A stretch of DNA of 64,000 bases from a virus, in IMG/VR virus record IMGVR_UViG_3300045988_109049. The stretch is one strand, 5' to 3'. Within the stretch, counting starts at the first letter, position 1; each line of letters starts with the position of its first letter. Made by a program: the position numbers and the translations under genes. Shown in pieces: positions 9,466 to 18,701 of the stretch. The notes below the pieces were generated by a model. That model worked only from the letters and a program-made list of their open reading frames with translations. It was not told the origin of the DNA and did not search any database.

Positions 9466-10253
9466 TCGATTTTAATTGTGCCTAAATACGATGGTGGACA
9501 ATTACTTACGGCTTCTTCTCTGTTAGGAAATACGCCAACAACTGATGTATCTCCATGATTATTTTTGCACAAGTTAATCCACCCCTCTTTCTTCTGGGGG
9601 AGCATCATTAAGTCATCTTTATATGTCGCGTCATCTTCAATTAGAACCTTACCTTTTTCATTATAACCATATACGGTTTCTTCTTTGGCAGTATCTTCTA
9701 CCAAAGCAATGATTGGATAGCTTACGCCCTTGAATAAAAATTTTCTATCAAAGGAAATAATCCTTGCCTTTCTACCATCACGAGTACATACTGGCTTGCC
9801 AGCTTTGGCTGCTTCAAGGTCAAAGGGTTTAAGACTCAATTTCTTTTCTTCCATATTTTCTTTGTTTTGTTTAATTTCTACAAACATTTCATTTATTAAG
9901 CATGAATATGTTGGATAATGATTTATGTGGCCATTCAATTTGCAGTCTCTTGAAAAATTATCATAAAAAGCACAATTATTACAAAGAGCATCAGAAACCT
10001 TTATTTTCTGGTATGATTTATTCTCTATCCTAATAGGCTCTCCGACCTTTTCAAGTTTCTTGAAGATTACAGATTTACCATCTTTTCTATAACATGATAA
10101 ACATTCTCCTCTTATCTCAAATACATCACTACAATGAATATTACTCTTGGTATCTAAATCACAATTCTCACATCCAAGAGATTTTGTATGAATACACTGA
10201 TACCATTCTCCGTTGTACTCAAATATTTCTCCTACTTTTCTTTCCATAATCAT
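9453..10253 (-). CDS. hypothetical Cys-rich protein
   Basis: Multiple CxxC pairs in the N-terminal half. Clean ORF. Confidence 0.65.
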   Translation of the reverse strand: MIMERKVGEIFEYNGEWYQCIHTKSLGCENCDLDTKSNIHCSDVFEIRGECLSCYRKDGKSVIFKKLEKVGEPIRIENKSYQKIKVSDALCNNCAFYDNFSRDCKLNGHINHYPTYSCLINEMFVEIKQNKENMEEKKLSLKPFDLEAAKAGKPVCTRDGRKARIISFDRKFLFKGVSYPIIALVEDTAKEETVYGYNEKGKVLIEDDATYKDDLMMLPQKKEGWINLCKNNHGDTSVVGVFPNREEAVSNCPPSYLGTIKIEWEE

Positions 10254-10256
10254 ATT

Positions 10257-10784
10257 TCATTTTAAATCGAATATCTTACTTGAATCCCTAATAGAATCAA
10301 TAGACATCTTAGCGCTTAATTGCCCCATAAATTCAGCAAAATTCATTGCCAAGTTCCAACTATTCCATTTGTGAGTAATCTCTACCAGTTCAAAAGCATT
10401 TAATTCGATAAGATTTTCGTTCTTTGTGCGAAGATCTTTAACAGCTTTTCGTATCGGTTCATATTTAGGACCTTTATATTTTGACGAGATGTCTATATCT
10501 CTCCTTTCAATAGTTCTGTATTCAGCTATATATGAAGGTAACATATTTGCTTGTATTGCATTATATACATCACTCTCCACGGGGCCATATGGCATAGCAT
10601 AGAAATTATCGAATATATCCAAAAGGTCATCGCCTCCTTCTTCCTTAGGAGCAGCAGCCAAAAACAGCAGTTTCATGGCTGTAAGTTTAGGAAACGGTTT
10701 GCCCTTAATCGTTTCATGATTATCCCGCCACTCTTCAAAAAGGTGGAGCATATAATCAAATGCCTCTATTTTATCTACTTTCAT
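10257..10784 (-). CDS. Panacea/DUF4065 (SocA-like antitoxin domain) protein
   Basis: MKLLFLAAAP...FYAMPYGPVESDVYN matches my recollection of the DUF4065 core (KLLY..A..yGPV...vY). Confidence 0.55.
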   Translation of the reverse strand: MKVDKIEAFDYMLHLFEEWRDNHETIKGKPFPKLTAMKLLFLAAAPKEEGGDDLLDIFDNFYAMPYGPVESDVYNAIQANMLPSYIAEYRTIERRDIDISSKYKGPKYEPIRKAVKDLRTKNENLIELNAFELVEITHKWNSWNLAMNFAEFMGQLSAKMSIDSIRDSSKIFDLK

Positions 10785-10788
10785 AATT

Positions 10789-11403
10789 TCACTTTACCAG
10801 TTCGAAATCATACACAAATACATAGGGGTTTCTCTCCCATGTGCCTTTACCGCTTACTTTATCAATTAGTGCAGCATAGGCTTCACGAGGTGTATCAAAT
10901 AATTTTCCCGTTGAACACCAAGAAAAACCCTCTTGCTCATAGTAATTAATCCCCTCTGCCATACAATCAACATCAGATATATCCCGCAACCTCTCCACTC
11001 TTACGGCTGTTATCCTAACTCTGTGTGGCATTAGCTCCGGCTTCACATACATTTTATTTGTCCAGCCTGCACCGTTTGGGAATAAATTAGGATTGCACTC
11101 ATCATTGTAAAAGGAATTGTAGCTTTGAGCGGCGGCTACGATTTCACCTACTTTATACGGGAGTCGGAATATGCTACCTCCTTCCAGCTTTGCTCCATAA
11201 CCACAGAACTCACAATAAACACTACCATCTTCGTTGACAACCAAACTCATGGGTTTGTCCTTCCAATATGCTGATTTATACCAACGATGTACCGTAGAAC
11301 AGTCCTCCGGTTGTGGATTCATTATCCGCCTTGTCTGAGTTTTTCTTCCTTCAAGTACGGCTTGTGTAAGTCCGTATTTATCATTGAACATTATTTTTTT
11401 CAT
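10789..11403 (-). CDS. ASCH/PUA-like domain protein
   Basis: The N-terminal motif AVLEGRKTQTRR is typical of ASCH domains. Confidence 0.45.
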   Translation of the reverse strand: MKKIMFNDKYGLTQAVLEGRKTQTRRIMNPQPEDCSTVHRWYKSAYWKDKPMSLVVNEDGSVYCEFCGYGAKLEGGSIFRLPYKVGEIVAAAQSYNSFYNDECNPNLFPNGAGWTNKMYVKPELMPHRVRITAVRVERLRDISDVDCMAEGINYYEQEGFSWCSTGKLFDTPREAYAALIDKVSGKGTWERNPYVFVYDFELVK

Positions 11404-11526
11404 ATTTCAATCGCCATTAATTAGATAAACTTCTGTAACCTCGTCGTCTCCATATATCTTACCCATAGAATAGACTTTTAAATTATTTTGGAACTTTCAT
11501 AAGTTCGTCAATCAATTCTTGTACTG

Positions 11527-11658
11527 TCATATTCTTTTCTTTTTAAGTTTTCCACATTTTTTACATGTCAATAGGAGCTTATCACAAGTCTCATAACGAG
11601 TGATATGTAATATTATCCACTCATGTGAACATTGAAATTTCCTCAACCATTCCTTCAT
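11527..11658 (-). CDS. small zinc-ribbon-like protein (43 aa), not in the ORF track
   Basis: My translation: MKEWLRKFQCSHEWIILHITRYETCDKLLLTCKKCGKLKKKRI*. It starts 7 nt after the upstream stop. Confidence 0.4.
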   Translation of the reverse strand: MKEWLRKFQCSHEWIILHITRYETCDKLLLTCKKCGKLKKKRI

Positions 11659-11664
11659 AAGATA

Positions 11665-11991
11665 TTACAAATTAAATCTCTTGATTTCTTCCTTAGTAAA
11701 CCAATGTTCCAATTTCAAAGGCTTAAAGCTAAAAAGCATTTTGTTATAGGAATGTCTATCATAAATTTTATTCCATTCTTTATGCATAGATTCATACTTA
11801 TCAATATCTTCATATAATATGCGAAGCAGCTCATTATGAGCTCTATCTAGTATATACGTTCTGAAAACAAATACTTTTTCATTTCTTATGAGAATATATA
11901 AGTTGGCTGCTACTATTAAAATTATAAAACTTATCAGTATGTTCATTGCTTGTCTTCTTTCTTCAATTCCGTAATGAGGGCATCGGCACAT
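11665..11991 (-). CDS. hypothetical membrane-anchored protein
   Basis: One hydrophobic helix (ILISFIILIVAANLYILI). Confidence 0.6.
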   Translation of the reverse strand: MCRCPHYGIEERRQAMNILISFIILIVAANLYILIRNEKVFVFRTYILDRAHNELLRILYEDIDKYESMHKEWNKIYDRHSYNKMLFSFKPLKLEHWFTKEEIKRFNL

Positions 11992-12275
11992 TCTATTGCA
12001 TATTGCGCTTGTGCCATTGTATTTTTGAATCCTGTTGTATCATTGTTATGTTGTTCAGCAGCAGTCATCATATCTTTGGCTATCTCATACCTACGTTGCT
12101 CCCAATCAATGTTCTTGTGTGGTTCTTCTTTAATAAATTCAAGCTCTGATTGCACGTATGTACACCAACTACGCTTGTTATCAACATATTGACGCTCCAC
12201 TCCTCTTTTGGTGATAATATTTTCTGTCTGTGATACCTCTATGACTTCCCCTGTTGTTTTAACTTTCGCTTTCAT
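11943..12275 (-). CDS. hypothetical protein
   Basis: Co-oriented ORF, no motif recognised. Confidence 0.6.
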   Translation of the reverse strand: MKAKVKTTGEVIEVSQTENIITKRGVERQYVDNKRSWCTYVQSELEFIKEEPHKNIDWEQRRYEIAKDMMTAAEQHNNDTTGFKNTMAQAQYAIECADALITELKKEDKQ

Positions 12276-12290
12276 TTCTTTATTATATCA

Positions 12291-12602
12291 TCAACATTTC
12301 TTAATTTCTACTTCTAGACTATCTACCTTCCACTCATTTAAATTACCTTTATCTGGTAGTATAATTTGGTCTCTTACTGCTCCTTCTATATCACATTCTG
12401 AGTAGTCTATGTCTTCAAAGTAATCCCCATCTTCATCTACCCCTGAATCCACTATTGTATAGTCATCTACCCATATCGGTACTATCTTACTTAATGTTAT
12501 AGTAGCTTCAACCTCAATTTTCCTACTTGAATTTGATTTTATATTCCATGGGGAATGATCATTATGTTCCACTCCTTCTGGATAATATCCACTTTCAGTC
12601 AT
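12291..12602 (-). CDS. hypothetical acidic protein; sits where a HicA partner would be
   Basis: Overlaps the HicA-like ORF by 4 nt. Very acidic. No HicB motif recognised. Confidence 0.55.
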   Translation of the reverse strand: MTESGYYPEGVEHNDHSPWNIKSNSSRKIEVEATITLSKIVPIWVDDYTIVDSGVDEDGDYFEDIDYSECDIEGAVRDQIILPDKGNLNEWKVDSLEVEIKKC

Positions 12603-12808
12603 TTCTTCTTTTTCTTTAAGTTCGTATCTAGGTTATTCTCCTTAATCAACCTCCTAATAATCACGTCCTTAATGTTCTTCGGGATGCTGATATGCCTCCC
12701 TTCACTATTTATGTAAATAGAATGGCTTCCATTACATCTATCATAATAGAAGCCATTACTCTCTACCATTTTAATAAATTCTCTCCTTGTATATTGTTTT
12801 CTTTGCAT
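12599..12808 (-). CDS. hicA: HicA-like toxin (mRNA interferase family)
   Basis: FIKMVESNGFYYDRCNGSHSIYINSEGRHISIPKN..IIRRLIKENNL fits the HicA pattern (Gf...r.GSH..y....g...tiP). Size is about 70 aa. Confidence 0.6.
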   Translation of the reverse strand: MQRKQYTRREFIKMVESNGFYYDRCNGSHSIYINSEGRHISIPKNIKDVIIRRLIKENNLDTNLKKKKK

Positions 12809-12824
12809 GGAATCTTTTTAAAAT

Positions 12825-13238
12825 CTACAAAATTCCTCTCATCTTTAGTAAAATCTCTACTCCATTCCAATCCACATAGGGTAATGTACTATATTCATCA
12901 TGCTTTAGTGGTATTCCAAGAGCACTATCATCTATATAAATATGTGCAAATATCTTTTTAGAGGAAGTCCAATTATGTTGGGTAGGATTTTCATTGACAC
13001 CATATAGAGGAATCTCGTTTTTACGAAACCAATCAATAGCTTCCTGAAGAGTATCCACAAGTCTAACACCCTCATTGGTAACACATTTATTGTTACAGTG
13101 ACTCCTCATAGTATATAAGATAATTTGATGTTCTTTCTCTACTAGTTTTCTCAATACAGGTATTGCACCTATATCTTTACCTATTTTAGGGAACTCATGA
13201 GTTACACAAGTTCCATCAAAATCTACTGCTATTACCAT
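12825..13238 (-). CDS. HAD-superfamily phosphatase/nucleotidase-like protein
   Basis: N-terminal DxDGT motif (VIAVDFDGTCV) and a later IYIDD. Confidence 0.6.
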   Translation of the reverse strand: MVIAVDFDGTCVTHEFPKIGKDIGAIPVLRKLVEKEHQIILYTMRSHCNNKCVTNEGVRLVDTLQEAIDWFRKNEIPLYGVNENPTQHNWTSSKKIFAHIYIDDSALGIPLKHDEYSTLPYVDWNGVEILLKMRGIL

Positions 13239-13526
13239 CTACTTCCCTCCTTCGTTACTAGTTAGATATTCTATTTCAAATTCAGATTTAGGAATCTCAA
13301 AGCAACAGTGAGTCCCAAATTCAACCCATCTTAGTTTATATCCCAAGGATTCAAGCCTTCTAGATAAAGGTGCTTTAGTACTAATGATATTCACAAACTT
13401 ATTATTTCCCATATAGTTTAATCCATTATTTCCTGTACCGTAGACTTTCCCTATCTTAGACAAATTAGGTCTACCAGGCTTATAGTAAAGCCCAGTAGCC
13501 TTGTGTTTCATTTTATACGGAATCAT
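13239..13526 (-). CDS. hypothetical protein
   Basis: Co-oriented ORF abutting its neighbours. Confidence 0.55.
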   Translation of the reverse strand: MIPYKMKHKATGLYYKPGRPNLSKIGKVYGTGNNGLNYMGNNKFVNIISTKAPLSRRLESLGYKLRWVEFGTHCCFEIPKSEFEIEYLTSNEGGK

Positions 13527-13941
13527 TACCAGTTTCTCTTTTATTCAACCACATCACAGTCATTATAGCATAATTAGCAAGATCCAGAAGGGTATCTTTA
13601 ATAGACTCATTCTTAACCATAGCCTTCTTATTAACTAATGACTCCAGTCTATTCATCTTGTCTCCCATCCTTACTAGACCTGCTATAAGTCCAAACTTAT
13701 TAAGAGAACAATCAAAGGAATTACCATAATCATGATTCTTAGCTGCATAAGTCTTAGCCATATTAGTAGTTATGTCCATAAAGGAATCTACACTACTGTC
13801 AAGTTCTGGTCTTTGCCCTAAGATTTTCAGTTCATTCATTACAGACCTTATAGGATTTAAAGCCTCTATAGATACTCCTGCTCTTATAGCATTTTCAAGT
13901 TTATCTATAAGATCTTTATACACTTTATTAATTTTTACCAT
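13513..13941 (-). CDS. DUF1599-like (nucleotide-modification-associated, all-alpha) protein
   Basis: KNHDYGNSFD...RMGDKMNRLESL resembles the DUF1599/Nmad1 core as I recall it. Confidence 0.45.
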   Translation of the reverse strand: MVKINKVYKDLIDKLENAIRAGVSIEALNPIRSVMNELKILGQRPELDSSVDSFMDITTNMAKTYAAKNHDYGNSFDCSLNKFGLIAGLVRMGDKMNRLESLVNKKAMVKNESIKDTLLDLANYAIMTVMWLNKRETGNDSV

Positions 13942-13978
13942 TTCCTTAATTTATTTTTTTTTTACTATATTATCTTAA

Positions 13979-14296
13979 TTAATGAACCCAGTAGGTTGGA
14001 AGAGGACCATTGTCATCAAGATATTCTCTATAGCTCTTTGGTAAGTCCTTTATTTTATAAGACTGATTAGTTCTAATATTTACTAGAACATCTTCCCCCA
14101 TAGAGGCTATAATATCACCCTTAACCATAATCTTCTCTCCATTGAATTCAAAGTCTTCTATACATAACTTATGTCTAGACACATCTGCATCCAACTTTAC
14201 CCTATGGACAAAATATGCTCCAGATTTAACCATTATATCATACAGTACTTTAGCTATATCTTCTGCTATCTCTTCTGGAGCTTCGCAGTTGATTTC
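13979..14296 (-). CDS. polA: DNA polymerase family A, 3' exon (begins inside motif C)
   Basis: Exon 2 begins EINCEAPEE. Joined to exon 1 it reads ..LITVTPYD|EINCEAP, a motif-C-like (H/Y)DE. The intron-terminal G is at 14297. Confidence 0.7.
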   Translation of the reverse strand, partial: EINCEAPEEIAEDIAKVLYDIMVKSGAYFVHRVKLDADVSRHKLCIEDFEFNGEKIMVKGDIIASMGEDVLVNIRTNQSYKIKDLPKSYREYLDDNGPLPTYWVH

Positions 14297-15160
14297 CACA
14301 TATGTTACGAATATGTCGATTCCACATATTCTCTTTAGATTTCTCTAAAGGTCGGACTATATCTTATAAAAATCTCCACATATAGGCTAGTTGCCCATTG
14401 GTTAGATTTCTATCAGTGCTTTTCAGCTGCTCTTGCAGCTTACTCCATTTCTGGATAGTCTCTGAACTCCATAATTTATAAGAGTAACAATTAATAGGAT
14501 ATTTAGCTAATATAGAATGAATAATATAGGCTCCCTCATATTTATTTATTCCTAAATAATATAATGGTCTGCTATGATTATTATCTACTCTTACTTTAGC
14601 TTTTACTCCTATACTCTCAAAGAAAGGAATAAATACATTTTCTTGAATATTCAGAGAAAATTTCTGAGTATTAAGGTTGTAATATAAGTCCCTCTTATGA
14701 AGGCTCCCATCATCATAGAACCACAATGCTAAACCTAACTCATCAAGATTACTCACTACTTCTTCTATAGGGAGTTCCTTGATTAATTTAAGTGAAAACC
14801 AAGCTCCTCCATAATAAGTATATATGGGAGTTTGGTTATAACCATTGCTGTCTACATGATTTATTTTGCCTTTACCAATTAATTGTTTTTTATACTCTAA
14901 GTATTCCTTATGCTTACAATTGGATGTATATATAGTACTACCACTATTAGTAGTAGATATGCAACCATCCCCTAATATAGCAGTAAGAAAAACCTGAGTT
15001 TGCTCTCTTGTAAAATCATAAAGCTGCTTATTGCCTATTTCTCTTAAGTTACTTAAAATCATATTTAATACTTTTACTAGTTTATTATTACAATAATTCA
15101 GTGATTAAATCTTTAAGGGTTTCAAGCAATTAACACTGTTTTACTACAACAAAATTACTT
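14297..15160 (-). mobile_element. Group I intron in PolA motif C with a LAGLIDADG ORF
   Basis: R GGAGUUCAGAGACUAUC (14456-14467 core), S AAGAUAUAGUCC (14354-14365), P-like AAUUGCUUGAAACCC near 15090-15110. The 5' exon ends in GAU. The HE ORF runs through R into S. Confidence 0.75.
14364..15062 (-). CDS. LAGLIDADG homing endonuclease (double-motif)
   Basis: LTAILGDGCIS and LALWFYDDGSL motifs. Confidence 0.85.
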   Translation of the reverse strand: MILSNLREIGNKQLYDFTREQTQVFLTAILGDGCISTTNSGSTIYTSNCKHKEYLEYKKQLIGKGKINHVDSNGYNQTPIYTYYGGAWFSLKLIKELPIEEVVSNLDELGLALWFYDDGSLHKRDLYYNLNTQKFSLNIQENVFIPFFESIGVKAKVRVDNNHSRPLYYLGINKYEGAYIIHSILAKYPINCYSYKLWSSETIQKWSKLQEQLKSTDRNLTNGQLAYMWRFL

Positions 15161-17125
15161 ATCGTAGGGTGTTACAGTAATTAACACCTTGAATAATAAG
15201 TCATTACGTCTTAAGTATTCAAAAAAGTTTATCATGCTTACCTTATAACACAATGCTCCAGTATGCTGTATTCTGTAGTTGATAGATTGCTTCTCAGAAT
15301 CTACTTTCCTCTTGAAATACTCCTTAACCATCCTTACTGTATCACAGTCAGGAGAGCTAATCTTCATATCCCTATAATAATCCCAAAATCCAGGTTCTTT
15401 AAATCTAGCTCTTACCTTAGCCATCCAGTTAAAGTCGTAGATGTAAGCCTTATACCCAACTTTAGGATTAAGGAGAATATAACCTTTCTGCATAACATCT
15501 TTTCTACAGAAGTCTTGATAAGTTTTAATACCTCTAAAACCCGACATATAAGCATTATATATCTTCTTAGCCTCTTCTATAGGTATTCCCTTATTATTAG
15601 ATATAGTATTAGCATCACCTCCATAATTAATAGCAAATTCGATACCTTTAGCCTCATTCCTAAGAGAATGATACTTTTTCTTTATCTCATTTATAGGGAT
15701 ATCTCTAGGTATTTCTTTATAAGACATATATGCAGTCAAGCTATGTATATCTCCACTACCATGAATAAGCTCCTCTATAATTGCCTTATCATTAGCAATA
15801 TCAGCTAAAATATAAGTTTCTTGACCAGAATAATCAATACTTACCCACTTGTTACCATCCTCAGCTATAAAACAAGCTCTAGTTTCAGCATCAGCAGGCA
15901 TATTAAGCATGTTTATATACTCAACCTTAGCTGACTTGTCCTTACCACCTGAGCTTATCCTTGCTGTATCCGTGCCCAATGAATTAAAGTTGGTATATAG
16001 CCTTCCAGTATCCCTATCTATCTGTTTAAGTACATTTGCCCCATAGGTACTGCACAGCTTCTTCATTTCCTTATACCTTATATATAAGGGAACAAGACTG
16101 CACTTATCTTTCTGAGGACCTAGTACCTTAGCTCCTATACTGTCCTTATCCTCATCATCTTCTTTATCCAGAGCAGTGGTATCGACTCCATATTTCTTGA
16201 ATAAGGGGATAACTTGTTTAGGACTATTCCAATTGAGAGTTACCTGTGGTTCAATATTAAAACCTGAAAATAGATTACCTTGCCTATCTATCTTAATGTA
16301 TTTTGAGTCAGGCTCATGCTCTATAAGCCACTTATCCATTTCACTTTTGATACTATTAAGAACAGATTGATCATGTTCCATCTTCTTTTGCCACCTATCT
16401 CTATCTATTCTTATACCACAATAGCACATGTAAGCAATAGGAAGTATAGCCTTATTTTCATACTCCATGGCAGTAAGAAGTCCTTGCTTCTCCAATTGTT
16501 TCAGTTGTAATTCTCGTATCTTCTCAAGGTACTTTACATCATTAGCAGCATAAACTATAACATCTCCTGTAAGGCCTTTATAGATGATTTGTCCTCTTAT
16601 AGACTTATCCAGTTCTATTCCAAGGTACATTTCACCTAACTTCTTCAGATTCATATACAAGATATACTTAGCTTTCGAGCCTTTCTTGCTAGGGTCTGCT
16701 GGTATATAGTCATACCTAGAACACTGTATTTTATCCCATACTTCTGGACTTAGTACAGTAGGGTAACCCAACCACATTAATTTCTCTGCTAGAAATAAGT
16801 CATAGACATTACGAGGAACTATATGATATTTATAAAGCCACTGTAGGTCAAACTTAGCATTATGAAATAAGAAAAGCCTATCAGATTCAAGATAGTTTTC
16901 ATATAAAGTAATATCTGTAGTAAGACAATCTATTACTACTTGAAAATCAAAGCACCCTAATTGCAATGACAAGAGCTTATCCTTATGACAACTTAATCCA
17001 CTAGTCTCGGTATCAACTCCTACAATTCTAAGAGGTTTAAGTAGGGATAGACTCTCGTCTACCCCTATTATTTTGTACTTCTCAGGTTCAAATAATTCTA
17101 TATTTTTCGTAACTACATATATCAT
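15161..17125 (-). CDS. polA: DNA polymerase family A with 3'-5' exonuclease, 5' exon
   Basis: Exo I VGVDTETSGL, Exo II HNAKFDLQWL, Exo III YAANDVKYL, motif A SIDYSGQETY, motif B RNEAKGIEFAINYGG. The ORF-track stop at 15155 lies in the intron. Confidence 0.85.
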
Positions 17126-17394
17126 TATTCAAATATTATAATATGTCCATACCCTATTGAATAAATAATAGACTTAACAACTGCTCCAGCTTCTTTCAGG
17201 AACTCTCCTTCTATTATCATAGGACCTCCTGGTGGGGAAATAAATCTCTTAGTCTCCTCTACATATCCAGATTTCACATTTATATAATCGTGCTTCAATA
17301 CATAGGTTTTGGAATCTTTTCCACTCATATTCTTGAGTTTTCTTAGACAATTATCTATTCCTCCCCTAGAATTAAGTTTTATTATGTTATCCAT
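17125..17394 (-). CDS. hypothetical protein
   Basis: Its start and stop overlap the neighbouring genes. Confidence 0.55.
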   Translation of the reverse strand: MDNIIKLNSRGGIDNCLRKLKNMSGKDSKTYVLKHDYINVKSGYVEETKRFISPPGGPMIIEGEFLKEAGAVVKSIIYSIGYGHIIIFE

Positions 17395-17882
17395 TATTTC
17401 ATATATGCTATCAAGTTTTTGAAATCAATGACATACTTATATTTTTCAAAGAATCTACTTCCTAAGATTCCATGGAGTTGTACACCGGATTCTTGCTTAA
17501 TCACCTTGAATGCTGCATCTAAATCAGCCATACTGAACTCTTCTTCGAATTTTTTCCTTTTATATGTTACTGTAATTTTGCAAGAGCCAGTACTAACTTC
17601 ATTTCCTTCAAATCCTACTACGCTAGATTCCCTATCAATGATTTCATGGTCTAGAAGAGGTAAAACAGAACTGTTTATATAGGATAAATTACTACCTGTG
17701 TCCAATAGAAAATTTAATTTCTTTCTATTACAGTTAAATGTTGCTACTGGTAGCTCTGTTAAATCCATAGATTCTTTAAAGGAGATTTTACTATTGTTTC
17801 TATTCCTTACTTCCATGATGGTATTAGCAATAAAAGCTACTGCTAATACCATTAATATCACGATTATTATATCTAATATCAT
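17394..17882 (-). CDS. membrane-anchored retropepsin-like aspartic protease
   Basis: N-terminal TM helix (ILDIIIVILMVLAVAFIANTI), catalytic LLDTGSNLS and a downstream GILGSRFF, matching the retropepsin D(T/S)G and ILG motifs. Confidence 0.6.
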   Translation of the reverse strand: MILDIIIVILMVLAVAFIANTIMEVRNRNNSKISFKESMDLTELPVATFNCNRKKLNFLLDTGSNLSYINSSVLPLLDHEIIDRESSVVGFEGNEVSTGSCKITVTYKRKKFEEEFSMADLDAAFKVIKQESGVQLHGILGSRFFEKYKYVIDFKNLIAYMK

Positions 17883-17905
17883 GCCTCATAATTTTTTTTT
17901 AGTTA

Positions 17906-18445
17906 TTATCTAAGTCCAGTGGAACCAAGACCTCCTCTTTGTTTTCCTTCCAGATTCTCTACCTCAACTAATTTTATTCCAGAACTTAATAGCCATTTTA
18001 ACTTCTGCCATATAGAAGCATGTTGGCTAAGTCCGATTTCAAATTGACAGATTCTGTCCCCCCTTTTAATAGAGGTTTCTCTCAATGGGGAGCAGATATA
18101 GTTCCACTCATCCTCTTCTCCTTTATAGAGATTATCTACAAAACCCAAACCATTAGGGATAAACAATCCTACCTTTCTAGGTGTGCTACTCCTTGACAGT
18201 ATTTTAGCTGTAAATCCTTTTGGTAATTCCATAGCTACCCCAAGTGGCACATAATAAGTTTCCATTGTTACATTTCTATATCCAACTTCATTTCCATCTT
18301 GATCTACTCTTCTCTTGAGAGTGCCTGATTGAGGGGCTGGAATATTCATATTTACAGCACTTCTTAAATCAATACAGTCTCCAAGTTTATTAATTTCAGG
18401 CATACAACCATCTACTAATACTTTTACCTTTATCTTAAGTTTCAT
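17906..18445 (-). CDS. dut: dUTP diphosphatase
   Basis: C-terminal motif V RGGLGSTG and a motif-3-like GFVDNLYKGE. Confidence 0.75.
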   Translation of the reverse strand: MKLKIKVKVLVDGCMPEINKLGDCIDLRSAVNMNIPAPQSGTLKRRVDQDGNEVGYRNVTMETYYVPLGVAMELPKGFTAKILSRSSTPRKVGLFIPNGLGFVDNLYKGEEDEWNYICSPLRETSIKRGDRICQFEIGLSQHASIWQKLKWLLSSGIKLVEVENLEGKQRGGLGSTGLR

Positions 18446-18468
18446 ATTTATTCTATATTTTTTTATTA

Positions 18469-18684
18469 TTAAAACAAATAATTATAATCTACTATATGAG
18501 GAGGAGTCAAAGCTCTCTTCTTTTTAAACATAATTTTATTTCCTGTCATAAAAGAGATGCTATCTACGTTATATCCTATAGTTTCAAGGTACTCCTCTAC
18601 ATTATCTATTTTATTAGCCACCTCTTCTGGTATTTTTATACAATCCACGGTGGAACTTTGATGATCCAATACTACAATTTCCAT
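18469..18684 (-). CDS. hypothetical protein
   Basis: Short co-oriented ORF. Confidence 0.5.
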   Translation of the reverse strand: MEIVVLDHQSSTVDCIKIPEEVANKIDNVEEYLETIGYNVDSISFMTGNKIMFKKKRALTPPHIVDYNYLF

Positions 18685-18701
18685 AATTAAATAGTTATTA
18701 G

